From: Candidatus Ozemobacteraceae bacterium
Lineage (GTDB): Bacteria > Muiribacteriota > Ozemobacteria > Ozemobacterales > Ozemobacteraceae
Direction of reading: 5' to 3'
Length of the DNA stretch: 64,000 nucleotides
NCBI GenBank assembly: GCA_965140445.1
Contig: OZ223236.1
Coordinates: forward strand, 3,586,498 to 3,650,497
The translations under genes were made by a program, and so were the position numbers. Position 1 is the stretch's first letter. Each line of letters opens with the position of its first letter. This document shows positions 1 to 10,166 of the stretch, in pieces. The notes under the pieces are model-generated. The model searched no databases. It saw nothing but the letters and a program-made list of their open reading frames with translations, and had not been told where the DNA came from.

Positions 1-563
1 TTCGGAAATATTGTTAAATTCTTCGTGAAACAGATTTCTACTTCTTAGATCATCAAATTTTTTCACTAATGACGACTTCAGGAAAGTCGGAACCATAAAG
101 ATTCTTGAATCTCCAGTTTTTGCAAGATAGATTGAACCACCAACAGGAACATCATTTCCAATGATTAATTCTTCTGTTTTATCAGCAATTTTTACAATTA
201 ACTTTGAAGAGTTGGTTCCAATTCCGTAATCAGAAGTCTGAGTAGCATTTTCAGCAATTACTAATTCGGATTTCAGGTCTTTGAGATGATTGAAAACCCC
301 ATCAAGTTCGGAAGCTTCAACAAAACAGGGCAAAGGTTTTGTAATACTAAAATCACCCTTTTCATTTTTGGAGACTTCAACTAGTTCTTTACCATTTTTA
401 TTCCAGGTTATTGAGGAAACGTTTTCCCTTGTAGCTTTAAGTAATTCTACAGGCTTCTCAACACCCTGTGGCAAAATTTCCTCTGTTTCAAAGTAGTTAG
501 CATACAAACCCAAAGCTATCAGTATTACTACTGCAATAATTGTGGGCATAAATCTTTTTTTCA
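1..563 (-). CDS. Partial DUF4340-like secreted protein; likely last gene of the GldG/ABC-2 operon. It runs off the window edge, with the N-terminus at 563.
   Basis: Reverse-strand ATG at 561-563 gives MKKRFMPTIIAVVILIALGLYA (signal/TM) and stays open to position 1. The ORF track misses it because it is truncated. A DUF4340-type gene typically sits next to GldG. Confidence 0.45.
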
Positions 564-566
564 TAT

Positions 567-2177
567 TTAAACCCTCCTTCTAATCAAAAACACAATTCCA
601 CCAAAAATAATTACAGCAAGTGGCGAAATAATTACGCTCAAGGTAAAAATTCTATTTGCAGAATCTTTATCCAGAAGAATTCTCGGGGTTTCTAATTCTT
701 TTGGTCTGATTGAGATTAGCTGCTCCTGGTCTGTCAACCAGTTAACTGAATTCACAAGTAAGTCTTTGTGTCCTGAATTGGCAAGCAGGTAGTTAGACGC
801 AAAATCCGAATCCCCGAAAATTATCATTTTGCTACCAGAAGCAACTTCAGTGTTTTCAATAGCAGCTCCAAGTACCATCTTTCCTCGGGTGTCATTTTTC
901 TCATCATAGTTTGGAGATGCTGCTGCACCAGATTCAACATTGTTTTTAGCCCATGCTTGAGGAATAGTTGTGAGGATTTCACTGGATTTTATTCCTTTTC
1001 GAGCTTCAATAGTCAGGGATCGGCAATGGAACATCAATACATTTAAATTGCCATCTCGAATCGGGTTAACGATCTGATGATTTCCAAGTTCTCCTGCAAC
1101 CAGCCAATAGTTATTTTGAATTCCTCTTGGATCTACAACCAGGTTATTGTTTGGCAATACTCCAAATTTTCTGGTTAGAAAACTATCAAGTCGCGGAGTA
1201 TCCACCATAGGATCCAAAGCGACTAACAATCGACCGTTTTTATTAACAAAATTTTCGATTTTTGTTATTTCTGAATCCAAAAAGTCTTTCTTTGGAGATA
1301 CAATAGCCAGAACTGAAAGATCTTCTTCAATATCACTTTCAAGAAGGCTCACTTCACCGACATCATAATTTTCGCGAACCAGGATTTCGTTTGCACCTGC
1401 AAAACCGGCTCTTTTGAAATCACTGATTTTACCTTCCCCATGGCCAGTAACAAATTGTATCTTCTGCTTCTTTCCGCTAATTACATTAATGATTGCAGAA
1501 GTTATCATTTGCTCACCCTTAAAGCGAGGCTGGCTATCTGGGCCTGCATTTGGGCCCTGCTGTTCAATCAAATCCTGCGGAAAAATATCTTTCCTATTTG
1601 TTTCACATTGAACAACAATCGTTCCTGGTTGCAAAATCCTCATAGCTTTTGTGGTCATTGGATCTCTTAATGGATCAACAAAAACGACTTTAAGCTTGTC
1701 AGACTGCCTTTTGTATTCGTTTAAAAGATCTTTAATCAAACTCTCGTCTGATGTGTTTTTTGGAAAAAAGGCACTTATTTTTACTTCTCTGTCGAGTGAC
1801 CTAAGTGTCTTTATAGTCTGATCAGAAATAGAAAACATTTTGTTGCGGGTAAAGTCGTAGCGGAAATTTCTGCGAAAACCTATATGAGCTACCAATACCC
1901 CAATTCCAATAATAGTCAAAATCAAAACAAGGTCGTTAACCCACAGTAGCGTCTTTTTGCTGGCAAAAATTTCTTTAAACAATGCAGGGCGAAGTATAAT
2001 TGACAAAGCAATCAAACCTATTCCCAGGCCAAGACTTCCATAGGTATAATTCAATTGACTTGGAAAATTAATAAAAAACAGTCCAGCGGCCAATGCGCTA
2101 ATTAGCCCTAATATAAAAATAATATATGGATAAACTGGTATTTCTATTCTTCTTTTGTCATTCATATTTATCTCCAC
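567..2177 (-). CDS. GldG-family auxiliary component of an ABC-type export system
   Basis: 536 aa with N- and C-terminal TM helices and a large periplasmic domain. It overlaps the upstream ABC-2 permease gene by 10 nt, suggesting translational coupling. Confidence 0.65.
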   Translation of the reverse strand: MEINMNDKRRIEIPVYPYIIFILGLISALAAGLFFINFPSQLNYTYGSLGLGIGLIALSIILRPALFKEIFASKKTLLWVNDLVLILTIIGIGVLVAHIGFRRNFRYDFTRNKMFSISDQTIKTLRSLDREVKISAFFPKNTSDESLIKDLLNEYKRQSDKLKVVFVDPLRDPMTTKAMRILQPGTIVVQCETNRKDIFPQDLIEQQGPNAGPDSQPRFKGEQMITSAIINVISGKKQKIQFVTGHGEGKISDFKRAGFAGANEILVRENYDVGEVSLLESDIEEDLSVLAIVSPKKDFLDSEITKIENFVNKNGRLLVALDPMVDTPRLDSFLTRKFGVLPNNNLVVDPRGIQNNYWLVAGELGNHQIVNPIRDGNLNVLMFHCRSLTIEARKGIKSSEILTTIPQAWAKNNVESGAAASPNYDEKNDTRGKMVLGAAIENTEVASGSKMIIFGDSDFASNYLLANSGHKDLLVNSVNWLTDQEQLISIRPKELETPRILLDKDSANRIFTLSVIISPLAVIIFGGIVFLIRRRV

Positions 2178-2878
2178 CTTTCTGATTCAAGTACTCTAGT
2201 AGCCAGAAATAGCCAGATAAAAGTAAAAACGATAAAAAAGGCAACGTTCCCTGAATCCACTATTCCGCGAATGAAATCAGAATACCTATCAAAAATTGAT
2301 AATCCGCCTAGCATTTGTCCAAACTCATTATCCAGAGCATGTTTGGCCCAACCAAAAACCCAAAACATTATGGAAGCGCCAAAGCTGATCATTGCTGAGA
2401 TCACTTGATTCTCTGTTAAGCTGCTGGCAAATATTCCAAGAGAAATAAAGGCAGCTCCCAGTAGCGCCAAACCAATATAGCCACTATAAATTGGTCCAAG
2501 ATCTACATTGTTCGCATACTGAAGAAGAATTGCAGGAAATTGAAAGGTTAATATTATTAGAATTAGATACAGAACAAAACAAGCAAGAAACTTCCCCGTA
2601 ACAATTTCTACAGGAGAAATCGGAGAAGTCAAAAGCAGTTCCATAGTCTTATTCTTTTTTTCCTCACTAATTAATCTCATCGTTAAAACGGGAGAAGCGA
2701 GAAGCAGGATAAAAGCAGCATTGTAAAGAAGAGGCTGAATTGATGCGACTTTCGTTCCAACCAGAACAACCCAGAAAAGATAGCCTACGATTAGCAAAAA
2801 TGAAGAAAAAACAATATAGGCTATGGGAGAAAAGAAATAAGATTGAAGCTCTTTTTTCATTATGGCCCAAATTTTCAT
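2168..2878 (-). CDS. ABC-2 family transporter permease (GldF-like)
   Basis: 236 aa, six TM helices, ABC-2 type. Its start overlaps the ATPase stop (ATGA, 4 nt). Confidence 0.7.
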   Translation of the reverse strand: MKIWAIMKKELQSYFFSPIAYIVFSSFLLIVGYLFWVVLVGTKVASIQPLLYNAAFILLLASPVLTMRLISEEKKNKTMELLLTSPISPVEIVTGKFLACFVLYLILIILTFQFPAILLQYANNVDLGPIYSGYIGLALLGAAFISLGIFASSLTENQVISAMISFGASIMFWVFGWAKHALDNEFGQMLGGLSIFDRYSDFIRGIVDSGNVAFFIVFTFIWLFLATRVLESERWR

Positions 2879-3864
2879 GCTGCCTCCTTCTTCTCTTCGC
2901 GTCCGGTAAGTTTGAGGAATACATCTTCGAGAGTTGCTTTTACCGGAGTTATTTCTCTAAAAATGATTCCAGATTTAACTGCCTCACTGAATAATTCATC
3001 AAATCGATTCTCATCTTTCATCGAAAGTGAAAAAGCAAACTCATCGCCCATTGGCTCCAGGGAAGTAATAATTGCTCCGGAAAAGTTGTCGAAGGTTTGA
3101 CGCCATTTCTCATCTTTTGATTTAAGTTTGATTTTCCAAGAAGACTCACCAGAAGCTTTTCTTTCAAGATTTTCAACAGAATCTTCTGCAACAATCTCGC
3201 CTTCATTAATGATTACAACCTTGCTACAGGTCATTCTCACTTCTGACAAAATATGAGTTGATAAAATAATGGTATGATCGCTGGAAAGATTTTTAATCAA
3301 TTCCCTAATTTCAATAATCTGATTGGGATCTAGCCCGACAGTAGGTTCATCCAGAATTAAAACTTCCGGGTCATGCAACAGAGCCTGGGCAAGGCCAACG
3401 CGTTGCCTGTAACCTTTAGACAGAGTTCCGATAATTCTATGGAAATTATCTTTCAGGCCTATTCTTTCTATTACCTCTTGAATCTTTTTGTTCTTAATTC
3501 TGGACGGTAGTTCTTTAATATCAGCAATAAAACTTAGATAAGAACTGACTGTCATTTCATGATATAAGGGCGGGGTTTCAGGTAAATATCCCAGCCTACG
3601 ACGAACTTCAATTGAATCTTCAAAAATATCAAATCCTGCAACCTTTGCTTGCCCAGAAGTCGCTGGGAGAAAGCAGGTTAGAATTCTCATTGCCGTAGTT
3701 TTACCTGCACCATTAGGTCCAAGCAAGCCCAAAACTTCACCAGCCTCGACTTCAAGACTGATATTGTTAAGCGCTCTAAAGTTATCATAATACTTTGTGA
3801 TGTTTTTCATCTCAATCACAGGCATTTCCCTCCTTATAAGTTTTGCAATTGTGAAGTCGGCCAA
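2875..3864 (-). CDS. ABC transporter ATP-binding protein
   Basis: Walker A GPNGAGKTT, signature LSKGYRQRV, Walker B LILDEPT. Confidence 0.9.
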   Translation of the reverse strand: MADFTIAKLIRREMPVIEMKNITKYYDNFRALNNISLEVEAGEVLGLLGPNGAGKTTAMRILTCFLPATSGQAKVAGFDIFEDSIEVRRRLGYLPETPPLYHEMTVSSYLSFIADIKELPSRIKNKKIQEVIERIGLKDNFHRIIGTLSKGYRQRVGLAQALLHDPEVLILDEPTVGLDPNQIIEIRELIKNLSSDHTIILSTHILSEVRMTCSKVVIINEGEIVAEDSVENLERKASGESSWKIKLKSKDEKWRQTFDNFSGAIITSLEPMGDEFAFSLSMKDENRFDELFSEAVKSGIIFREITPVKATLEDVFLKLTGREEKKEAA

Positions 3865-3996
3865 ATAGACTATTCAAATTTCAAAAGGTTCCGACTTTCT
3901 TTAAATTTTCTTGTTTCTTTGTATACTCGTGCACTATAAACTTGAAGATGCACCATTTTTCTGGGATAATTCCGTCATACCATTAAGGAACTTAAT

Positions 3997-4767
3997 ATGC
4001 AAACGCTAGGAATATCACTTATAGCACATAATGAAGAAAAGCAAATTGCCAATGCGATTGAATCGGCAATGTTTGCTGATGATATCGTTCTCATTAACTG
4101 TGAGTCAACCGATAAAACAGTGGAAATTGCACAAAAATTTCCAAAAGTAAGAATTTTTGATAGAGCTAACAATAAAAACCTGAATTTGAATAAATCTTTC
4201 GGCTTTGAGCAGCTTACCACAGATTGGATTTTTTACCTTGATCCAGATGAAGTAATAACACCACAACTTGCAGCTGAAATCCGGCAGATAATTAACTCTG
4301 ACAGTGAATGTTGTGCATATAAACTCCCAAGAAAAAATTTCTTTTTTGAAAGATGGTTAAGCCATGGTGGTCAATATCCAGACACACAACTGCGACTATT
4401 TAAAAGAGGAAAAGCTGCTTTTCCAAACAAGCATGTACATGAAATGCTTAAAGTAGAAGGAAAAACCGGCCGTCTAAAAGAAGCCTTTGAGCACCATCCA
4501 TATCCATATGTGGAAGACTATGTAAGAAAAATGAATTTTTACACAACTTTTCAGGCTAATTTTTGGATTGAACAAAACCTTTCACCGTCGATTTTCAATA
4601 CCCTTAAATTTATGTTTTTTAAACCCTATTTCAGGTTTTTACGCAGGTATTTGTTAAAAGGCGGATTTAAAAATGGCTGGCAAGGGTTTGTGGCTGCAAT
4701 TGGTGATTCTTTTCAGCATGCGGTTAGCTATGCCAAATTCCTGGAGATGGTAAGAGATAAAAAATGA
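3997..4767 (+). CDS. Family 2 glycosyltransferase (LPS-core/KdtX-like)
   Basis: N-terminal ISLIAHNEE...DDIVLINCESTD and a DPDE motif, the GT-A fold hallmarks. Confidence 0.75.
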   Translation: MQTLGISLIAHNEEKQIANAIESAMFADDIVLINCESTDKTVEIAQKFPKVRIFDRANNKNLNLNKSFGFEQLTTDWIFYLDPDEVITPQLAAEIRQIINSDSECCAYKLPRKNFFFERWLSHGGQYPDTQLRLFKRGKAAFPNKHVHEMLKVEGKTGRLKEAFEHHPYPYVEDYVRKMNFYTTFQANFWIEQNLSPSIFNTLKFMFFKPYFRFLRRYLLKGGFKNGWQGFVAAIGDSFQHAVSYAKFLEMVRDKK

Positions 4768-5882
4768 AAATTTTGCAGATTTTAAATTCACCCAACTGGA
4801 GCGGGGCTTCAAACTATTGTATTCAAGTTTCTAAGGAGCTTATGGATCTTGGTCACGAAGTTCTTTTAATAACAGAGCCAGGTAAACCATTAAAAAGAGC
4901 AACAGAAGTTGGAATACCAACCGACGATACCATTCGGCTCAACCATAGAAACCCATATCTCTACTTGCATGCTTTTAAACGCATGAAGCGAATTATTTCA
5001 AAATTTAAACCAGATATTATTTCTGCCCACATCAATGAAGGTGCCTGGATGGCTGGCCTAATTGCTAAAAGCTATTTTCCAGAAACGGTAGTTGCAAGAG
5101 TGAGAACTGACATAGATCCCCCTAAAGGACATGCAATAAATAGATATGTTCATCATAAATGGACAGACCACATAGTTGTTGGTTCTATTCAACACAAAAA
5201 GCTTTGTCAGCAGATTCTTGATTACTCCCCGGAAGACCTGTCCGTCGTTTACGGTGGCGTGGACACCCAAAAATTTCACGCAGAAAATGACCCAGAAAAA
5301 AGCTTCCGCAAAGAAATCGGAGCAAGAAAAGAGGAAGTTTTGGTTGGCTTGCTTGCCCGTTTAGATCCTGTGAAAGGCCATGAATATGCAATTGAAGCTT
5401 TTTCAAAAATAAAGGACATAGAAACTCCTTTCAGAATTATTGCTTTAGGTTACGAAAATGAAAGAACCTTTTCATGGTTAAAGGAACTTGCCCAAAAATT
5501 TGGTGTTTTAGACAGACTCCATTGCTTTGATTACAGAAACGATATTGAAAAGGTTTTGTCTTCATTGGATTTGGGTCTAATAAGTTCAATTGGTTCGGAA
5601 GCAAATTCGCGTGCAGCCCTTGAATTTATGGCCTGCTCTAAGCCAATGGTAGCAACTTCTGTCGGAGTTATTCCTGAGATAATCCAGGATGGTGAACAAG
5701 GATTTATTGTGCCTCCTGGCAATTCAGTAAAAACTGCGGAAGCTTTGAAAAAAATAATTCAAAATCCATTTTTAAGAGAAAAAATGGGAAAAAGTGCCAG
5801 ATCAAGAACCATGGAAAATTTTTCTTTAAAAAAGTTTGGCTCAGTAATGGAGCACGTTTACCAAAAGCTATTAACTAAATAA
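4764..5882 (+). CDS. Family 4 (GT-B) glycosyltransferase
   Basis: C-terminal EANSRAALEFMACSKPMVATSVGVIPEII...GFIV motif region typical of GT4. It overlaps the GT2 stop. Confidence 0.75.
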   Translation: MKILQILNSPNWSGASNYCIQVSKELMDLGHEVLLITEPGKPLKRATEVGIPTDDTIRLNHRNPYLYLHAFKRMKRIISKFKPDIISAHINEGAWMAGLIAKSYFPETVVARVRTDIDPPKGHAINRYVHHKWTDHIVVGSIQHKKLCQQILDYSPEDLSVVYGGVDTQKFHAENDPEKSFRKEIGARKEEVLVGLLARLDPVKGHEYAIEAFSKIKDIETPFRIIALGYENERTFSWLKELAQKFGVLDRLHCFDYRNDIEKVLSSLDLGLISSIGSEANSRAALEFMACSKPMVATSVGVIPEIIQDGEQGFIVPPGNSVKTAEALKKIIQNPFLREKMGKSARSRTMENFSLKKFGSVMEHVYQKLLTK

Positions 5883-5952
5883 CATAGACCTGCCATTGAC
5901 TTTTTTCTCTCTCTAAAATAGAATCCATTCATTCTAAACGGGGTACACTGAC

Positions 5953-7401
5953 TTGAATTTATTCCGCAGTTTCTCAATAAAACTAAGAATCCTGACTACA
6001 TTTGTTCTATCTGCTCTACTGCCGATTATTCTGTTTATATATATTCAGTTTACCGGAATAGTTGTAAGCGATTCTGTTGCGTTGTTTCTTGGCGCAGTTT
6101 GCCTTTTCGTTGCAATTGTCAGCGCAATACTTGTCTCTGCATCAATTGCTTTCCCAATAGATTCTATACTTAGTGCATTGAAAGCCTTTCAAACAAAAAA
6201 ATCAGCCGCTTCGGTTTCGGATAGTGGCTCTGATGAATTATCTGAAGTTGCTTCTGAGTTAAACAGAATTTTTTCTGAATGGAATCACGACATTGTTTCT
6301 ATGGGGAAAAAACAATTTCAGCAATCAAGAGACATAGAAAAGAATGAATTGCAACTTTCTCAGGCTGAAAAGAACCTTGATCTAACAAGATCTTGTTTAA
6401 AAGTAGCCCAGCAGCTTAATACTACTTTTGACTTTCAAGCAAATCTAAAAGCGATACTCGATGAAGCATTAAGAACTATGAATGTTCAATGGGCATCGGT
6501 TCTCCTTATCAACCGGGAAAAACATGAACTTGCAGTGGCCTGTGTTCGCGGTGTTGAGCAAACTTTGATGGATGACCTTACTGATTCAGACTATCCAGCA
6601 ATAAGACTTAAACCAAATGAAGGTTTAGCCGGACATGTTATTAAAGAAGGACTTCCTGTGATTGCAAATAAAGGGCACAAAGATCCAAGATTCAAGCTCT
6701 TTAGTGAATTTTCAAAAAAAGATCATAAAGTAGCCAGCATATTATGTTCACCCATAATCGGCACTGATGGGACTGTTTTAGGAGTTTTAAATCTTATTAA
6801 CAGAATTTCTCCTCCGGTATTTAGAAATGAAGATTTGCCTTACACCCAAGATCTATGCACGCTCACTTCTATAATTATCGAACGCAATAAAATGTATAAA
6901 AATCTTTTTGAAGACTCTCAGACTGGATTGGCTGCATACAACGTCTGGAATGGCTTTTTCCAGGAAGAATCTTCCAGGGCAGTTCGTTATCTTCAGCCCC
7001 TTACCGTCTGTGTAATAGATATTGATAATTATAAAGCCATCGCCACAGAAACAAATCCGGAATTTGCTTCTGAAGTAACTACCGCCTTAGGAACTATTGT
7101 TAAAAGAGCCTTGAGAGACACGGATCTTGCTGCAAATATTCAGGAAAGGTTTTATCTTTTACTGCCAAACACTGATCCTTCTGGTGGAGTATTTTTGATT
7201 GGTCGCTTAAAAGAAGATCTGGAAAAGGAAACTTTTTCTTACAACCAGAAAAACTTCTCAATAACTATTTCTGCTGGAATTGCCAGCTATCCTGATTCAA
7301 TTACAGACGCAAAGCAGCTTCCTGCATGCGCAATTTCCTCCCTGTCTCTCGCAAAGAATCAGGGTGGAAACAGAGCAATAATTTTCCAGAAAACTAATTG
7401 A
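5953..7401 (+). CDS. Membrane-anchored GAF domain protein with a degenerate GGDEF-like C-terminal domain
   Basis: Two N-terminal TM helices and a central GAF-like region. The C-terminal diguanylate-cyclase fold (VIDIDNYKAI...RFYLLLPNTD) lacks the GG[DE]EF signature. Confidence 0.5.
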   Translation: MNLFRSFSIKLRILTTFVLSALLPIILFIYIQFTGIVVSDSVALFLGAVCLFVAIVSAILVSASIAFPIDSILSALKAFQTKKSAASVSDSGSDELSEVASELNRIFSEWNHDIVSMGKKQFQQSRDIEKNELQLSQAEKNLDLTRSCLKVAQQLNTTFDFQANLKAILDEALRTMNVQWASVLLINREKHELAVACVRGVEQTLMDDLTDSDYPAIRLKPNEGLAGHVIKEGLPVIANKGHKDPRFKLFSEFSKKDHKVASILCSPIIGTDGTVLGVLNLINRISPPVFRNEDLPYTQDLCTLTSIIIERNKMYKNLFEDSQTGLAAYNVWNGFFQEESSRAVRYLQPLTVCVIDIDNYKAIATETNPEFASEVTTALGTIVKRALRDTDLAANIQERFYLLLPNTDPSGGVFLIGRLKEDLEKETFSYNQKNFSITISAGIASYPDSITDAKQLPACAISSLSLAKNQGGNRAIIFQKTN

Positions 7402-7426
7402 TTACAATCTATATCAGAGGTTAAAC

Positions 7427-9379
7427 ATGTCATCCAACAAGACTTACTACATCACCACCCCCCTCTATTATGCTAATGACGAGTTGCATATAGGACACGC
7501 ATTCACAACATTGGCCGCAGACATAGCTAGCCGTTTCCAAAGATCAATGGGAAATGACGTGTTTTTCTTAACAGGTTCTGATGAACACGGGCAAAAAGTT
7601 GAACAGGCTGCAAAGAAAAGAGGCATTACTCCAATCCAGCATACCGATGAACTCGTTGCCAAATTTGAAAATCTTTGGGAAAAGCTCAACATCACCCATG
7701 ATGATTTCATTAGAACAACTCAGGATAGACATAAAGACGTTGTAATTCATATTTTAAACAAGCTTTACGAAAAAGGTGACATTTATTCATCTAACTACAG
7801 TGGCTGGTATTGCACACCATGTGAAAGATTTTGGACGGAAAAAGAAGTTCCAGAGAAAATTTGCCCTGATTGCTCAAGAGAAGTTCAGCAGATTGAAGAA
7901 AAAAGCTACTTCTTTAAAATGTCCGCCTATCAGGAAAAACTGATTGATTACATTAATAATACGCCCGGTTTTATCCGACCTGAAAACAGAAAAAATGAAG
8001 TGTTGGGCTTTTTAAAACAGCCTTTAAACGATCTTTGCATTTCCAGACCAAAATCCAGACTTGAATGGGGCATAGAACTCCCATTTGATAAAGATTTCGT
8101 CACTTATGTCTGGTTTGATGCTCTTACGAACTACATTTCAGCAGCCGGCTACAATTCTGATGCTGATAAATTTAAAAATCTCTGGCCAGCAAACTGCCAG
8201 ATCATTGGAAAAGACATTTTAACTACCCATGCAGTTTATTGGACAACAATGCTCATGGCTCTTGACCTTCCACTCCCGAAAACCATCTTTGCTCATGGCT
8301 GGTGGGTTTCAGCTGGCGGAAAAATGTCTAAATCAGTTGGAAACGTTATAAGTCCACTTGAACTTGTGGACAAATATGGACTTGATCCATTTAGATTTTA
8401 TCTTTTCCGTGAAATGGTTTTTGGCATGGATGCCAGCTTTACTGAAGAAAATTTTATCTTCAGATACAATGCTGATCTTGCTAATGACTACGGAAACCTT
8501 TGCCAAAGAACCCTGCCTTTGCTATTGAAAAATCGGGAAGGAAAATTCCATAAGGCCGCTCCCCAATTGATTCAATCAAAAGAAATCGTTCAAATGGCTG
8601 CGGAAGTGAAAAAAGATTACATTGAAGCAATGGAAAATTTCCTTTTCCACGAAGCACTGAAACGAATCTGGGATCTAATCCAGCGCTTAAATAAATATGT
8701 TGATGAAACAGCTCCATGGGCGCTTGCTAAAGCCCAGGAGTTCGATAAGCTTGATGAAGTTTTCTACACCATAGGTGAAGGAATCCGATTTTGCTCACAT
8801 CTTGTAGAGCCGTTTATGCCTGGACTTGCTCCTAAGTTTTTTGAACAAATTGGCTGGACCAAGGGCTTCATAAAACTTCCAGAACTTGAATGGGGTCAGT
8901 TAGAAGAAGGAACTGTATGTATTCAACCGACACCTTTGTTTCCAAGATTAGAAACAAAGCGCATTCAGGAGCTGAAATCCGGCAAGAAATCAACTGATAA
9001 AGCAGCTGAAAAGGCTGCTGCCAAACCTGCTAAAACTCCGGAAAACACAGAAGGAATTATCTCTTTCGATGATTTCCTTAAAACGGAACTTTGTGTTGCA
9101 AGAATTGAAACTGCTGAGAAGCATGAAAATGCAGATAAATTGTTGAAGCTTACTGTTTCAATTGGCGAAGAAACAAGAAGTCTCGTGGCTGGGATTGCAG
9201 ATTATTATTCACCAGAAGAGCTTATCGGGAAACAGGTAGTAATGGTTAAAAACCTGAAACCAGCCAAGATAAGAGGAACAGTTTCCCAGGGAATGATCCT
9301 GGCGGCGCAAACTGAGGACGGTGGATTGGCACTTGTAACTCCTGACAAACCAGCCAAAGTGGGAATAAAAGTCAAATAA
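7427..9379 (+). CDS. metG: Methionyl-tRNA synthetase with C-terminal tRNA-binding (EMAP/Trbp111-like) domain
   Basis: HIGH motif (ELHIGHAFT), KMSKS, the CPDC...CxxC zinc knuckle, and a C-terminal OB-fold tRNA-binding tail. Confidence 0.95.
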   Translation: MSSNKTYYITTPLYYANDELHIGHAFTTLAADIASRFQRSMGNDVFFLTGSDEHGQKVEQAAKKRGITPIQHTDELVAKFENLWEKLNITHDDFIRTTQDRHKDVVIHILNKLYEKGDIYSSNYSGWYCTPCERFWTEKEVPEKICPDCSREVQQIEEKSYFFKMSAYQEKLIDYINNTPGFIRPENRKNEVLGFLKQPLNDLCISRPKSRLEWGIELPFDKDFVTYVWFDALTNYISAAGYNSDADKFKNLWPANCQIIGKDILTTHAVYWTTMLMALDLPLPKTIFAHGWWVSAGGKMSKSVGNVISPLELVDKYGLDPFRFYLFREMVFGMDASFTEENFIFRYNADLANDYGNLCQRTLPLLLKNREGKFHKAAPQLIQSKEIVQMAAEVKKDYIEAMENFLFHEALKRIWDLIQRLNKYVDETAPWALAKAQEFDKLDEVFYTIGEGIRFCSHLVEPFMPGLAPKFFEQIGWTKGFIKLPELEWGQLEEGTVCIQPTPLFPRLETKRIQELKSGKKSTDKAAEKAAAKPAKTPENTEGIISFDDFLKTELCVARIETAEKHENADKLLKLTVSIGEETRSLVAGIADYYSPEELIGKQVVMVKNLKPAKIRGTVSQGMILAAQTEDGGLALVTPDKPAKVGIKVK

Positions 9380-10164
9380 TGAGAACAAGACGGATTATTG
9401 ATGTGCATGCACATCTGCAAGATGAAAAATTTCTTGATGACCAGTCTGAAGTTATACAAAGAGCTAAAGAAAGCGGTGTAGTAGCAATAATAAATGCGGG
9501 CACCTGTGTCGAAAGCTCTCGACAAGCGCTATCAATCAGTGAAAAGTATGATTCATGCTTTTCACTGATTGGAATACACCCGCACGATGCTTCAAGTTTT
9601 AATGAAAATTCTGTTGCAGAAATTTCTCAAATGCTTGAGCATAAATCGGCACTTGCTGTTGGAGAAATTGGTCTTGATTACCATTACGACTTTTCTCCGA
9701 GGGAAAAACAAAAACAGGTCTTTAAAACTCTTTGGTTGCTTGCCGCTGAAAAGCAGCTTCCAGCAATAATTCATATTAGAGAAGCTTTTGATGATTTCTT
9801 TGAAATTATAAAAAACATACCTCATCCACCAAAGGTCATGCTCCACTGCTTCTCTGGAGACTCTAAAATCGCTGCCAAAGCTGTAGAATTAGGATTTTAT
9901 TTTTCAATAGGTGGACCTTTAACCTTTAAGAATTCTCAAGAAACCAGAGATACCTTTAAAACCATTCCTATTGAAAGAATCCATCTTGAAACAGATTGCC
10001 CATATCTAGCACCAGTTCCCAAAAGGGGAAAAAGAAATGAACCGGCTTATATACAGCATACCTTTGCAGCAATGGTTCAACTTAGAGAAATGTCAGATTC
10101 AGAGCTGGAATCCCAATTAATTCAAAATTCCAGAGACTTTTTTGGTTCTAAATTGGAGATTTAA
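9379..10164 (+). CDS. tatD: TatD-family metal-dependent hydrolase/DNase
   Basis: N-terminal IDVHAHL, an internal HxH and a C-terminal ETDCPYL motif. Its start overlaps the metG stop. Confidence 0.85.
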   Translation: MRTRRIIDVHAHLQDEKFLDDQSEVIQRAKESGVVAIINAGTCVESSRQALSISEKYDSCFSLIGIHPHDASSFNENSVAEISQMLEHKSALAVGEIGLDYHYDFSPREKQKQVFKTLWLLAAEKQLPAIIHIREAFDDFFEIIKNIPHPPKVMLHCFSGDSKIAAKAVELGFYFSIGGPLTFKNSQETRDTFKTIPIERIHLETDCPYLAPVPKRGKRNEPAYIQHTFAAMVQLREMSDSELESQLIQNSRDFFGSKLEI

Positions 10165-10166
10165 CT

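Noticed and set aside
1147-1670. Antisense small ORFs inside the GldG-like gene (1147..1368, 1414..1611, 1440..1670), and similar ones inside nrdJ, the MBL gene, MCP, rnfB and A2M (e.g. 14044..14424, 17030..17498, 26150..26608, 56095..56415)
   Set aside because: These are shadow ORFs on the opposite strand of well-supported long genes, with low-complexity translations and no RBS.
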